Origin: Octopus bimaculoides
Taxonomy: Eukaryota
Length of the DNA stretch: 64,000 bases
NCBI RefSeq assembly: GCF_001194135.2
Contig: NC_068993.1
Location: forward strand, 44,745,460 to 44,809,459
Reading direction: 5' to 3'
Shown here piece by piece: positions 63,582-64,000 of this stretch (position 1 is its first letter; every line of letters starts with the position of its first letter). Below the pieces are notes generated by a model that ran no database searches, was not told where the DNA came from, and saw only the letters and a program-made list of their open reading frames with translations. Position numbers and translations under genes: made by a program.

Positions 63582-64000
63582 ATATATATATATAAATTTC
63601 ATTCATGTGTAACTCTGGAACTTACTCCTTTGAACTCATTCATCAGCAAGTACAGGCTATCAAATGGTCAATTTTTTGCAGATTATATTTCCAAAAAATC
63701 CATAATATCATAGAAATAAATACAATTATCAATAAGAGTGAAGTGAGCAAATCGTTTTATAACATAAATTTACAACTGTTTTGCTGGTATTGTAACTCAG
63801 AATATTGGTATTTTATTATGACATATGCAACAATTAAATTCAAGGTGAATCATTATCTCCAGGATTCTGATGAGCTGACACTCTACTCACTTTGCTAATA
63901 AATTCCATCTGACCCATGCAAGCATAGAAAAGTGGATGTTAAAATGATTATGAAGATAATATATATTTACACACACAAACTGTCAGTTAATGGTAGGGCA

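Overview
AT-rich, CpG-depleted animal genomic DNA with 7 assembly gaps. The repeat content is what I recall for Octopus, probably O. bimaculoides; this is inference, not a database result. Two spliced genes converge tail-to-tail across about 10 kb. (1) On + is the 3' part of a FAM114A (Noxp20-family) gene: 8 exons, 202-11110, about 322 aa to the stop. (2) On - is most of the nucleoporin gene NUP58/NUPL1: 12 exons, 57865->21040, about 494 aa to the stop; the N-terminal exons were not found in the window. I assembled both gene models by hand from GT-AG sites with continuous phase. The rest is tRNA-headed modular SINEs, decayed RTE LINEs, a mariner fragment, several MITE families (TA-, TTAA- and hAT-type) and microsatellites. 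No CRISPR, rRNA or true tRNA gene is supported. The most interesting signal is at the NUP58 3' end. Two competing 5' splice sites 11 nt apart bracket an in-frame UAG, and a 100-nt cassette exon restores the frame exactly if the distal donor is used. This suggests a Nup45-like short isoform and, speculatively, an A-to-I-dependent read-through isoform. Several long fold-back structures and a near-identical inverted SINE pair around FG exons are also noted.
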